Assembly: GCA_051313645.2 (NCBI GenBank)
Contig: JBNRSN020000029.1
Span: forward strand, 10,478,001-10,542,000
Length of the DNA stretch: 64,000 nt
Direction of reading: 5' to 3'
Origin: Centroscyllium fabricii
Taxonomy: Eukaryota
The notes below the pieces were generated by a model. That model was not told the origin of the DNA, did not search any database, and was given only the letters and a program-made list of their open reading frames with translations. The first letter of the stretch is position 1; each line of letters begins with the position of its first letter. Shown piece after piece: positions 47,501-59,900 of the stretch. Both the position numbers and the translations under genes were made by a program.

Positions 47501-50500
47501 TCTATCTGTGTTCTCTCTCTGTATCCTCTATCTGTGTTCTCTCTCTGTATCCTCTATCTGTTCCCTCTGTATCCTCTATCTGTTCTCTCTCTGTATCCTC
47601 TATCCGTGTTCTCTCTCTGTATCCTCTATCTGTGTTCTCTCTCTCTATCCTCTACCTGTGTTCTCTCTCTGTATCCGCTATTTGTTCTATCTCTGTATCC
47701 TCTAGCTGTGTTCTCTCTGTATCCTCTATCTGTGTTCTCTCTCTGTATCCTCTATCTGTTTTCTCTCTGTATCCTCTATCTGTTCTCTCTCTGTATCCTC
47801 TATCTGTGTTGTCTCTGTATCTTCTATCTGTGTTCTCTCTCTGTATCCTCTGTCTGTTCTCTCTCTGTATGCTCTATCTGTTCTCTCTCTGTATCCTCTA
47901 TCGGTGTTCTCCCTCTGTATCCTCTATCTGTGTTCTCTCTCTGTATCCTCTGTCTGTGTTCTCTCTGTATCCTCTATCTGTGTTCTCTCTGTATCCTCTA
48001 TCTGTTCTCTCTCTGTATCCTCTATCTGTGTTCTCTCTGTATCCTCTATCTGTGTTCTCTCTCTGTATCCTCTATCTGTTCTCTCTCTGTATCCTCTATC
48101 TGTGTTCTCTCTGTATCCTCTATCTGTGTTCTCTCTCTGTATCCTCTATCTGTGTTCTCTCTCAGTATCCTCTATCGGTGTTCTCTCTCTGTATCCTCTA
48201 CCTGTTGTGTCCCTGTATCCTCTATCTGTGTTATCTCTGTATCCTCTATCTGTGATCTGTCTGTATCTATCTGTATTCTCTCTGTATCCTCTATCTGTGT
48301 TCCATCTGTATCCTCTATATGTGTTCTCTCTGTATCCTCTATCTGTGTTCCCTCTCTGTACACTCTGTCTGTGTTCTCTCTGTATCCTCTATCTGTATTC
48401 TCACTGAATCCTCTATCTGTCTGCTCTCTCTGTATCCACTATCTGTGTTCTCTCTATATCCTCTATCTGTGTTCTCTCTGTATCCTCTATCTGTCTTCAC
48501 TCTCTGTATCCTGTATCTGCGTTCTCTCTCTGTATCCTCTATCTGTGTTCTCTCTGTTTATCCTCTATCTAAGTTCTCTCTCTGTATTCTCTATCTCTGT
48601 TCTCTCAGTACCCTCTACCTGTTTTCGCTCTCTGTATCCTCTATCTGTGTTCTTTCTCTGTATCCTCTATCTGTGTTCTCTCTCACTGTATCCTCTATCT
48701 GTTTTCTCTCTGTATCCTCTATCTGTGTTCTCTCTGTATCTTCTATCTGTGTTCTTTCTCTGCACCCTCTATCTGTGTTCTCTCGCTGTATCCTCTATCT
48801 GTGTTCTCTCTGTATCCGCTTGCTGTGTTCTCTCTCTGTATCCTTTATCGGTGTTCTCTCTCTGTATCCTCTATCTGTGTTCTCTCTGTATCCTCTATCT
48901 GTGTTCTCTCTCTGTATCCTCTATCTGTGTTCTCTCTGTATCCTCTATCTGTGTTCTCTCTGTATCCTCTAGCTGTGTTCTCTCTCTGTATCCTATATCT
49001 GTGTTCTCTCCCTGTAACCTCTATCTGTGTTCTCTCTCTGTATCCTCTATCTGTGTTCTCTCTCTGTATCCTCTATCTCTGTTCTCTCTGTATCCTCTAT
49101 CTGTGTTCTCTCTGTATCCTCTATCTGTGTTCTCTCTGTATCCTCCATCTGTGATCTTTCTCTGCTCCCTCTGTCTGTGTTCTCTCTCTGTTTCCTCTAT
49201 CTGTGTTCTTACTCTGCACCCTCTGTCTGTGTTCTCTCTCTGTATCCTCTATCTGTGTTCTCTCTGTATACTCCATCTGTGTTCTCTCTCTGCATCCTCT
49301 ATCTCTGTTATCTCTGTATCCTCTATCTGTGTCCTCTCTCAGTATCCTCTGTCTGTTCTCTCTCTGTATCCTCTATCTGTTCTCTCTCTGTATCCTCTAT
49401 CTGTGTCCTCTCTCTGTATCCTCTATCCGTGTTCTTTCTGTATCCTCAATCTGTGTTCTCTCTCTGTATCCTCTATCTGTTTTCTCTCTCTGTATCCTCT
49501 ATCTGTGTTCTCTCTGTATCCTCTATCTGTGTTCTCTGTCTGTATCCTCTATCTGTGTTCTCTCTCTGAATCTTCTATCTGTGTTCTCTCTCTGTATCCT
49601 CTATCTGTGTTCTCTCTCTGTATCCTCTATCTGTGTTCTCTCTCGTTATCCTCTATCTGTTTTCTCTCTCGTTATCCTCTATCTGTGTTCTCTCTCTGTA
49701 TCCTCTATCTGTGTTCTCTCTCTGTATCCTCTATCTGTGTTCTCTTTCTGTATCCTCTATCTGTTCTCTCTCTGTATCCTCTATCTTTGTTCCCTCTGTA
49801 TCCTCTATCTCTGTTCTCTCTGTATCCTCTATCTGTGTTCTCTCTCTGAATCCTCTGTCTGTGTTCTCTCTCTGTATCCTTTATCTTTTCTCTCTCTGTA
49901 TCCTCTATCCGTGTTCTCTCTCTGTATCCTCTATCTGTGTTCTCTCTCTGTATCCTCTACCTGTGTTCTCTCTCTGTATCTGCTATTTGTTCTCTCTCTG
50001 TATCCTCTAGCTGTGTTCTCTCTGTTTCCTCTATCTGTGTTCACTCTCTGTATCCTCTATCTGTTTTCTCTCTGTATCCTCTATCTGTTCTCTCTCTGTA
50101 TCCTCTATCTGTGTTGTCTCTGTATCTTCTATCTGTGTTCTCTCTCTGTATCCTCTGTCTGTTTTCTCTCTGTATGCTCTATCTGTTCTCACTCTGTATC
50201 CTCTATCGGTGTTTTCCCTCTGTATCCTCTGTCTGTGTTCTCTCTCTGTATCGTCTGTCTGTGTTCTCTCTGTATCCTCTATCTGTGTTCTCTCTGTATC
50301 CTCTATCTGTTCTATCTCTGTATCCTCTATCTGTGTTCTCTCTGTATCCTCTATCTGTGTTCTCTCTCTGTATACTCTATCTGTTCTCTCTCTGTATCCA
50401 CTATCTGTGTTCTCTCTGTATCCTCTATCTGTGTTCTCTCTCTCTATCCTCTATCTGTGTTCTCTCTCTGTATCCTCTATCGGTGTTCTCTCTCTGTATC

Positions 50501-53500
50501 CTCTACCTGTTGTGTCCCTGTATCCTCTATCTGTGTTATCTCTGTATCCTCTATCTGTGATCTGTCTGTATTTATCTGTATTCTCTCTGTATCCTCTATC
50601 TGTGTTCCATCTGTATCCTCTATATGTGTTCTCTCTGTATCCTCTATCTGTGTTCCCTCTCTGTATACTCTGTCTGTGTTCTCTCTGTATCCTCTATCTG
50701 TATTCTCACTGAATCCTCTATCTGTCTTCTCTCTCTGTATCCACTATCTGTGTTCACTCTATATCCTCTATCTGTGTTCTCTCTGTATCCTCTATCTGTC
50801 TTCACTCTCTGCATCCTCTGTCAGTGTTCCCTCTCTGTATCCTCTATCTGTGTTCTCTCGCTGTATCCTCTATCTGTGTTCTCTCTGTATCCTCTATCTG
50901 TGTTCTCTCTCTGTATCCTCTATCTGTGTTCTCTCTCTGTATCCTCTATCTGTTCTCTCTGTATCCTCTATCTGTTCTCTCTCTGTATCCTCTATCTGTG
51001 TTCTCTCTCTGTCTCCTCTATCTGTGTTCTCTCTGTATCCTCTATCTGTGTTCTCTCTCTGTATCCTCTATCTGTGTTCTCTCTCTGTATCCTCTATCTG
51101 TTCTCTCTCTGTATCTTCTATCTGTGTTCCCTCTGTATCCTCTATCTCTGTTCTCTCTGTATCCTCTATCTGTGTCCTCTCTCTGTATCCTCTATCTGTG
51201 TTCTTTTTGTATCCTCAATCTGTGTTCTCTCTCTGTATCCTCTACCTATGTTCTCTCTCTGTATCCTCAATTTGTGTTCTCCCTGTATCCTTTATCTGTA
51301 TTCCCTCTCTGTATCCTCTATCTGTGTGCTGTCTGTATTCTCTATCTGTATTCTCTCTTTGTATCCTCTATATATGTTCTCTCTGCATCCTCTATCTGTT
51401 TTCTCTCTCTGTATCCTCTATCTGTGTTATCTCTGTATCCGCTTGCTGTGTTCTCTCTCTGTATCCTCTATCTGTGTTCTCTCTGTATCCTCTATCTGTG
51501 TTCTCTCTCTGTATCCTCTATCTGTGTTCTCTCTGTATCCTCTATCTGTGTTCTCTCTGTATCCTCTATCTGTGTTCTCTCTCTGTATCCTCTATCTCTG
51601 TTCTCTCTGTATCCTCTATCTGTGTTCACTCTGTATCCTCTATCTGTGTTCTCTCTGTATCCTCCATCTGTGTTCTTTCTCTGCTCCCTCTGTCCGTGTT
51701 CTCTCTCTGTTTCCTCTATCTGTGTTTTTTCTCTGCACCCTCTGTCTGTGTTCTCTCTCTGTATCCTCTATCTGTGTTCTCTCTGTATACTCCATCTGTA
51801 TTCTCTCTCTGCATCCTCTATCTCTGTTATCTCTGTATCCTCTATCTGTGTCCTCTCTCAGTATCCTCTGTCTGTTCTCTCTCTGTATCCTCTATCTGTG
51901 GTCTCTCTGTATCCTCTATCTGTGTTCTCTCTCTGCATCCTCTCTCTCTGTTCTCTCTGTATCCTCTATCTGTGTCCTCTCTCTGTATCCTCTATCTGTG
52001 TTCTTTCTGTATCCTAAATCTGTGTTCTCTCTCTGTATCCTCTATCTGTGTTCTCTCTGTATCCTCTATCTGTGTTCTCTGTCTGTATCCTCTATCTGTG
52101 TTCTCTCTCTGAATCATCTATCTGTGTTCTCTCTCTGTATCCTCTATCTGTGTTCTCTCTCTGTATCCTCTATCTGTGTTCTCTCTCGTTATCCTCTATC
52201 TGTGTTCTCTCTCGTTATCCTCTATCTGTGTTCTCTCTCTGTATCCTCTATCTGTGTTCTCTCTCTGTATCCTCTATCTGTGTTCTCTCTCTGTATCCTC
52301 TATCTGATCTCTCTCTGTATCCTCTATGTTTGTTCCCTCTGTATCCTCTATCTCTGTTCTCTCTGTATCCTCTATCTGTGTTATCTCTCTGTATCCTCTG
52401 TCTGTGTTCTCTCTCTGTATCCTTTATCTTTTCTCTCTCTGTATCCTCTATCTGTGTTCTCTCTCTGTATCCTCTATCTGTGTTCTCTCTCTGTATCGTC
52501 TATCTGTGTTCTCTCTCTGTATCCTCTATCTGTGATCTCTCTCTGTATCCTCTATCTGTGTACTCTCTCTGTATCCTCTATCTGTGTTCTCTCTCTGTAT
52601 CATCTATCAGTTCTCTCTGCATCCTCTATCTGTTCTCTCTCTGTATCCTCTATCGGTGTTCTCTCTCTGTATCCTCTATCTGTGTTCTCTCTCTGTCTCC
52701 TCTATCTGTGTTCTCTCTGTATCCTCTATCTGTGTTCTCTCTCTGTATCCTCTATCTGTGTTCTCTCTCTGTATCCTCCATCTGTTCTCCCTCTGTATCT
52801 TCTATCTTTGTTCCCTCTGTATCCTCTATCTCTGTTCTCTCTGTATCCTCTATCTGTGTCCTCTCTCTGTATCCTCTATCTGTGTTCTTTCTGTATCCTC
52901 AATCTGTGTTCTCTCTCTGTATCCTCTACCTATGTTCTCTCTCTGTATCCTCAATTTGTGTTCTCCCTGTATCCTTTATCTGTGTTCTCTCTCTGTATTC
53001 TCTATTTGTGTTCTATCTCTGTATCCTCTATCTGTATTCCCTCTCTGTATCCTCTATCTGTGTGCTGTCTGTATTCTCTATCTGTATTCTCTCTTTGTAT
53101 CCTCTATATATGTTCTCTCTGCATCCTCTATCTGTTTTCTCTCTCTGTATCCTCTACCTGTGTTATCTCTGTATCCGCTTGCTGTGTTCTCTCTCTGTAT
53201 CCTTTATCTGTGTTCTCTCTCTGTATCCTCTATCTGTGTTCTCTCTGTATCCTCTATCTGTGTTCTCTCTCTGTATCCTCTATCTGTGTTCTCTCTGTAT
53301 CCTCTATCTGTGTTCTCTCTGTATCCTCTATCTGTGTTCTCTCTCTGTATCCTCTTTCTCTGTTCTCTCTGTATCCTCTATCTGTGTTCTCTCTGTATCC
53401 TCTATCTGTGTTCTCTCTGTATCCTCCATCTGTGTTCTTTCTCTGCTCCCTCTGTCTGTGTTCTCTCTCTGTTTCCTATATCTGTGTTCTTTCTCTGCAC

Positions 53501-56434
53501 CCTCTGTCTGTGTTCTCTCTCTGTATCCTTTATCTGTGTTCTCTCTGTATACTCCATCTGTGTTCTCTCTCTGCATCCTCTATCTCTGTTATCTCTGTAT
53601 CCTCTATCTGTGTCCTCTCTCAGTATCCTCTGTCTGTTCTCTCTCTGTATCCTCTATCTGTTCTCTCTCTGTATCCTCTATCTGTGGTCTCTCTGTATCC
53701 TCTATCTGTGTTCTCTCTCTGCATCCTCTATCTCTGTTCTCTCTGTATCCTGTACCTGTGTCCTCTCTCTGTATCCTCTATCTGTGTTCTTTCTGTATCC
53801 TCAATCTGTGTTCTCTCTCTGTATCCTCTATCTGTTTTCTCTCTCTGTATCCTCTATCTGTGTTCTCTCTGTCCTCAATCTGTTCTCTCTGTATCCTCTA
53901 TCTGTTCTCTCTGTATCCTCTATCTGTTCTCTCTCTGTATCCTCTATCTGTGTTCTCTCTCTGTATCCTCTATCTGTGTTCTCTCTCTGTATCCTCTATC
54001 TGTTCTCTCCCTGTATCCTCTATCTGTGTTCCCTCTGTATCCTCTATCTCTGTTCTCTCTGTATCCTCTATCTGTGTTCTCTCTCTGTATCCTCTGTCTG
54101 TGTTCTCTCTCTGTATCCTCTATCTGTTCTCTCTCTGTATCCTCTATCTGTGTCCTCTCTCTGTATCCTCTATCTGTGTTCTTTCTGTATCCTCAATCTG
54201 TGTTCTCTCTCTGTATCCTCTACCTATGTTCTCTCTCTGTATCCTCAATTTGTGTTCTCCCTGTATCCTTTATCTGTGTTCTCTCTCTGTATTCTCTATT
54301 TGTGTTCTATCTCTGTATCCTCTATCTGTATTCCCTCTCTGTATCCTCTATCTGTGTGCTGTCTGTATTCTCTATCTGTATTCTCTCTTTGTATCCACTA
54401 TATATGTTCTCTCTGCATCCTCTATCTGTTTTCTCTCTCTGTATCCTCTACCTGTGTTATCTCTGTATCCGCTTGCTGTGTTCTCTCTCTGTATCCTTTA
54501 TCTGTGTTCTCTCTCTGTATCCTCTATCTGTGTTCTCTCTGTATCCTCTATCTGTGTTCTCTCTCTGTATCCTCTATCTGTGTTCTCTCTGTATCCTCTA
54601 TCTGTGTTCTCTCTGTATCCTCTATCTGTGTTCTCTCTCTGTATCCTCTTTCTCTGTTCTCTCTGTATCCTCTATCTGTGTTCTCTCTGTATCCTCTATC
54701 TGTGTTCTCTCTGTATCCTCCATCTGTGTTCTTTCTCTGCTCCCTCTCTCTGTGTTCTCTCTCTGTTTCCTATATCTGTGTTCTTTCTCTGCACCCTCTG
54801 TCTGTGTTCTCTCTCTGTATCCTTTATCTGTGTTCTCTCTGTATACTCCATCTGTGTTCTCTCTCTGCATCCTCTATCTCTGTTATCTCTGTATCCTCTA
54901 TCTGTGTCCTCTCTCAGTATCCTCTGTCTGTTCTCTCTCTGTATCCTCTATCTGTTCTCTCTCTGTATCCTTTATCTGTGGTCTCTCTGTATCCTCTATC
55001 TGTGTTCTCTCTCTGCATCCTCTATCTCTGTTCTCTCTGTATCCTGTATCTGTGTCCTCTCTCTGTATCCTCTATCTGTGTTCTTTCTGTATCCTCAATC
55101 TGTGTTCTCTCTCTGTATCCTCTATCTGTTTTCTCTCTCTGTATCCTCTATCTGTGTTCTCTCTCTTTATCCTCTATCTATGTTCTCTCTCTGTATTCTC
55201 TATCTCTGTTCTCTCAGTACCCTCTACCTGTTTTCGCTCTCTGTATCCTCTATCTGTGTTCTTTCTCTGTATCCTCTATCTGTGTTCTCTCTCACTGTAT
55301 CCTCTATCTGTTTTCTCTCTGTATCCTCTATCTGTGTTCTCTCTGTATCTTCTATCTGTGTTCTTTCTCTGCACCCTCTATCTGTGTTCTCTCTCTGTAT
55401 CCTCTATCTGTGTTCTCTCTGTATCCGTTTGCTGTGTTCTCTCTCTGTATCCTTTATCGGTGTTCTCTCTCTGTATCCTCTGTCTGTGTTCTCTCTGTAT
55501 CCTCTATCTGTGTTCTCTCTCTGTATCCTCTATCTGTGTTCTCTCTGTATCCTCTATCTGTGTTCTCTCTGTATCCTCTAGCTGTGTTCTCTCTCTGTAC
55601 CCTATATCTGTGTTCTCTCCCTGTAACCTCTATCTGTGTTCTCTCTCTGTATCCTCTATCTGTGTTCTCTCTCTGTATCCTCTATCTCTGTTCTCTCTGT
55701 ATCCTCTATCTGTGTTCTCTCTGTATCCTCTATCTGTGTTCTCTCTGTATCCTCCATCTGTGTTCTTTCTCTGCTCCCTCTGTCTGTGTTCTCTCTCTGT
55801 TTCCTCTATCTGTGTTCTTTCTCTGCACCCTCTGTCTGTGTTCTCTCTCTGTACCCTCTATCTGTGTTCTCTCTCTGTATCCTCTATCTGTGTTCTCTCT
55901 CTGTATCCTCTATCTGTGTTCTCTCTCTGTATCCTCTATCTGTGTACTCTCTCTGTATCCTCTGTCTGTGTTCTCTCTCTGTATCATCTATCTGTTCTCT
56001 CTGTATCCTCTATCTGTTCTCTCTCTGTATCCTCTATCAGTGTTCTCTCTCTGTATCCTCCATCTGTGTTCACTCTCTGTATCCTCTATCAGTGTTCTCT
56101 CTGTATCCTCTATCTGTGTTCTCTCTCTGTATCCTCTATCTGTGTTCTATCTCTGTATCCTCTATCTGTTCTCTCTCTGTATCTTCTATCTGTGTTCCTT
56201 CTGTATCCTCTATCTCTGTTCTCTCTGTATCTTCTATCTGTGTTCTCTCTCTGTATCCTCTATCTGTGTTCTCTCTCTGTATCCTCTATCTGTGTTCTCT
56301 CTCTGTATCCTCTATCTGTGTTCTCTCTCTGTATCCTCTATCTGTGTTCTCTCTCTGTATCCTCTATCTGTTCCCTCTGTATCCTCTATCTGTTCTCTCT
56401 CTGTATCCTCTATCCGTGTTCTCTCTCTGTATCC

Positions 56435-56940
56435 AAATTCAAATTCAAATTCAATTAGCTTTATTGGCATGAAAGGTATCAACCGTTGTTGCCAAAGCAT
56501 TACAAAAATGGTACATCAATAACAACAATACAAACAAAACAAGTATAACATTTAACTGGATTTAGGAAAGCCCTTCTTGGTGATTCGCATGTTGGGCATC
56601 CGGATACATTTTTTTTTTTTTTTTAATAATTTGCCGGTCTTTCTTATATTCAGTACATTCTGTTCTTATGTTCAGATTGCCGGTCTTTCTTTTATTCAGT
56701 ATATTGTATTGCCGGTCTTATATTTCGTACATTGTATTGCCGGTATTTCTTATATTTCGTAATTGTATTGCCGGTCTTTCTTATATTCCGTACATTCTAT
56801 TCACGGTATTTCTTATATTTCGTACATTGTATTCCCTGTATGACTTATATTTCGTACATTGTATTCCCTGCATGACTTATATTTCGTACATTGTATTCCC
56901 TGCATGACTTATATTTCGTACCCTGTATTCCCTGTATGAC
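56435..56940 (-). mobile_element. Non-coding insertion sharing the 3' end of the RTEX-like LINE, with an internal 32-bp tandem repeat
   Basis: The terminal ~65 nt are close to those of 37286-37352. About 9-10 copies of TTATATTTCGTACATTGTATT(GCCGGTCTTTC/CCCTGCATGAC) lie at about 56630-56940. Confidence 0.75.
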
Positions 56941-59900
56941 TCTATCTGTGTTCTCTCTCTCTATCCTCTACCTGTGTTCTCTCTCTGTATCCGCTATTTG
57001 TTCTATCTCTGTATCCTCTAGCTGTGTTCTCTCTGTATCCTCTATCTGTGTTCTCTCTCTGTATCCTCTATCTGTTTTCTCTCTGTATCCTCTATCTGTT
57101 CTCTCTCTGTATCCTCTATCTGTGTTGTCTCTGTATCTTCTATCTGTGTTCTCTCTCTGTATCCTCTGTCTGTTCTCTCTCTGTATGCTCTATCTGTTCT
57201 CTCTCTGTATCCTCTATCGGTGTTCTCCCTCTGTATCCTCTATCTGTGTTCTCTCTCTGTATCCTCTGTCTGTGTTCTCTCTGTATCCTCTATCTGTGTT
57301 CTCTCTGTATCCTCTATCTGTTCTCTCTCTGTATCCTCTATCTGTGTTCTCTCTGTATCCTCTATCTGTGTTCTCTCTCTGTATCCTCTATCTGTTCTCT
57401 CTCTGTATCCTCTATCTGTGTTCTCTCTGTATCCTCTATCTGTGTTCTCTCTCTGTATCCTCTATCTGTGTTCTCTCTCAGTATCCTCTATCGGTGTTCT
57501 CTCTCTGTATCCTCTACCTGTTGTGTCCCTGTATCCTCTATCTGTGTTATCTCTGTATCCTCTATCTGTGATCTGTCTGTATCTATCTGTATTCTCTCTG
57601 TATCCTCTATCTGTGTTCCATCTGTATCCTCTATATGTGTTCTCTCTGTATCCTCTATCTGTGTTCCCTCTCTGTACACTCTGTCTGTGTTCTCTCTGTA
57701 TCCTCTATCTGTATTCTCACTGAATCCTCTATCTGTCTGCTCTCTCTGTATCCACTATCTGTGTTCTCTCTATATCCTCTATCTGTGTTCTCTCTGTATC
57801 CTCTATCTGTCTTCACTCTCTGTATCCTGTATCTGCGTTCTCTCTCTGTATCCTCTATCTGTGTTCTCTCTGTTTATCCTCTATCTAAGTTCTCTCTCTG
57901 TATTCTCTATCTCTGTTCTCTCAGTACCCTCTACCTGTTTTCGCTCTCTGTATCCTCTATCTGTGTTCTTTCTCTGTATCCTCTATCTGTGTTCTCTCTC
58001 ACTGTATCCTCTATCTGTTTTCTCTCTGTATCCTCTATCTGTGTTCTCTCTGTATCTTCTATCTGTGTTCTTTCTCTGCACCCTCTATCTGTGTTCTCTC
58101 GCTGTATCCTCTATCTGTGTTCTCTCTGTATCCGCTTGCTGTGTTCTCTCTCTGTATCCTTTATCGGTGTTCTCTCTCTGTATCCTCTATCTGTGTTCTC
58201 TCTGTATCCTCTATCTGTGTTCTCTCTCTGTATCCTCTATCTGTGTTCTCTCTGTATCCTCTATCTGTGTTCTCTCTGTATCCTCTAGCTGTGTTCTCTC
58301 TCTGTATCCTATATCTGTGTTCTCTCCCTGTAACCTCTATCTGTGTTCTCTCTCTGTATCCTCTATCTGTGTTCTCTCTCTGTATCCTCTATCTCTGTTC
58401 TCTCTGTATCCTCTATCTGTGTTCTCTCTGTATCCTCTATCTGTGTTCTCTCTGTATCCTCCATCTGTGATCTTTCTCTGCTCCCTCTGTCTGTGTTCTC
58501 TCTCTGTTTCCTCTATCTGTGTTCTTTCTCTGCACCCTCTGTCTGTGTTCTCTCTCTGTATCCTCTATCTGTGTTCTCTCTGTATACTCCATCTGTGTTC
58601 TCTCTCTGCATCCTCTATCTCTGTTATCTCTGTATCCTCTATCTGTGTCCTCTCTCAGTATCCTCTGCCTGTTCTCTCTCTGTATCCTCTATCTGTTCTC
58701 TCTCTGTATCCTCTATCTGTGTCCTCTCTCTGTATCCTCTATCCGTGTTCTTTCTGTATCCTCAATCTGTGTTCTCTCTCTGTATCCTCTATCTGTTTTC
58801 TCTCTCTGTATCCTCTATCTGTGTTCTCTCTGTGTCCTCTATCTGTGTTCTCTGTCTGTATCCTCTATCTGTGTTCTCTCTCTGAATCTTCTATCTGTGT
58901 TCTCTCTCTGTATCCTCTATCTGTGTTCTCTCTCTGTATCCTCTATCTGTGTTCTCTCTCGTTATCCTCTATCTGTTTTCTCTCTCGTTATCCTCTATCT
59001 GTGTTCTCTCTCTGTATCCTCTATCTGTGTTCTCTCTCTGTATCCTCTATCTGTGTTCTCTTTCTGTATCCTCTATCTGTTCTCTCTCTGTATCCTCTAT
59101 CTTTGTTCCCTCTGTATCCTCTATCTCTGTTCTCTCTGTATCCTCTATCTGTGTTCTCTCTCTGAATCGTCTGTCTGTGTTCTCTCTCTGTATCCTTTAT
59201 CGTTTCTCTCTCTGTATCCTCTATCCGTGTTCTCTCTCTGTATCCTCTATCTGTGTTCTCTCTCTGTATCCTCTACCTGTGTTCTCTCTCTGTATCTGCT
59301 ATTTGTTCTCTCTCTGTATCCTCTAGCTGTGTTCTCTCTGTTTCCTCTATCTGTGTTCACTCTCTGTATCCTCTATCTGTTTTCTCTCTGTATCCTCTAT
59401 CTGTTCTCTCTCTGTATCCTCTATCTGTGTTGTCTCTGTATCTTCTATCTGTGTTCTCTCTCTGTATCCTCTGTCTGTTTTCTCTCTGTATGCTCTATCT
59501 GTTCTCACTCTGTATCCTCTATCGGTGTTTTCCCTCTGTATCCTCTGTCTGTGTTCTCTCTCTGTATCGTCTGTCTGTGTTCTCTCTGTATCCTCTATCT
59601 GTGTTCTCTCTGTATCCTCTATCTGTTCTATCTCTGTATCCTCTATCTGTGTTCTCTCTGTATCCTCTATCTGTGTTCTCTCTCTGTATACTCTATCTGT
59701 TCTCTCTCTGTATCCACTATCTGTGTTCTCTCTGTATCCTCTATCTGTGTTCTCTCTCTCTATCCTCTATCTGTGTTCTCTCTCTGTATCCTCTATCTGT
59801 GTTCTCTCTCTGTATCCTCTATCTGTTCCCTCTGTATCCTCTATCTGTTCTCTCTCTGTATCCTCTATCCGTGTTCTCTCTCTGTATCCTCTATCTGTGT

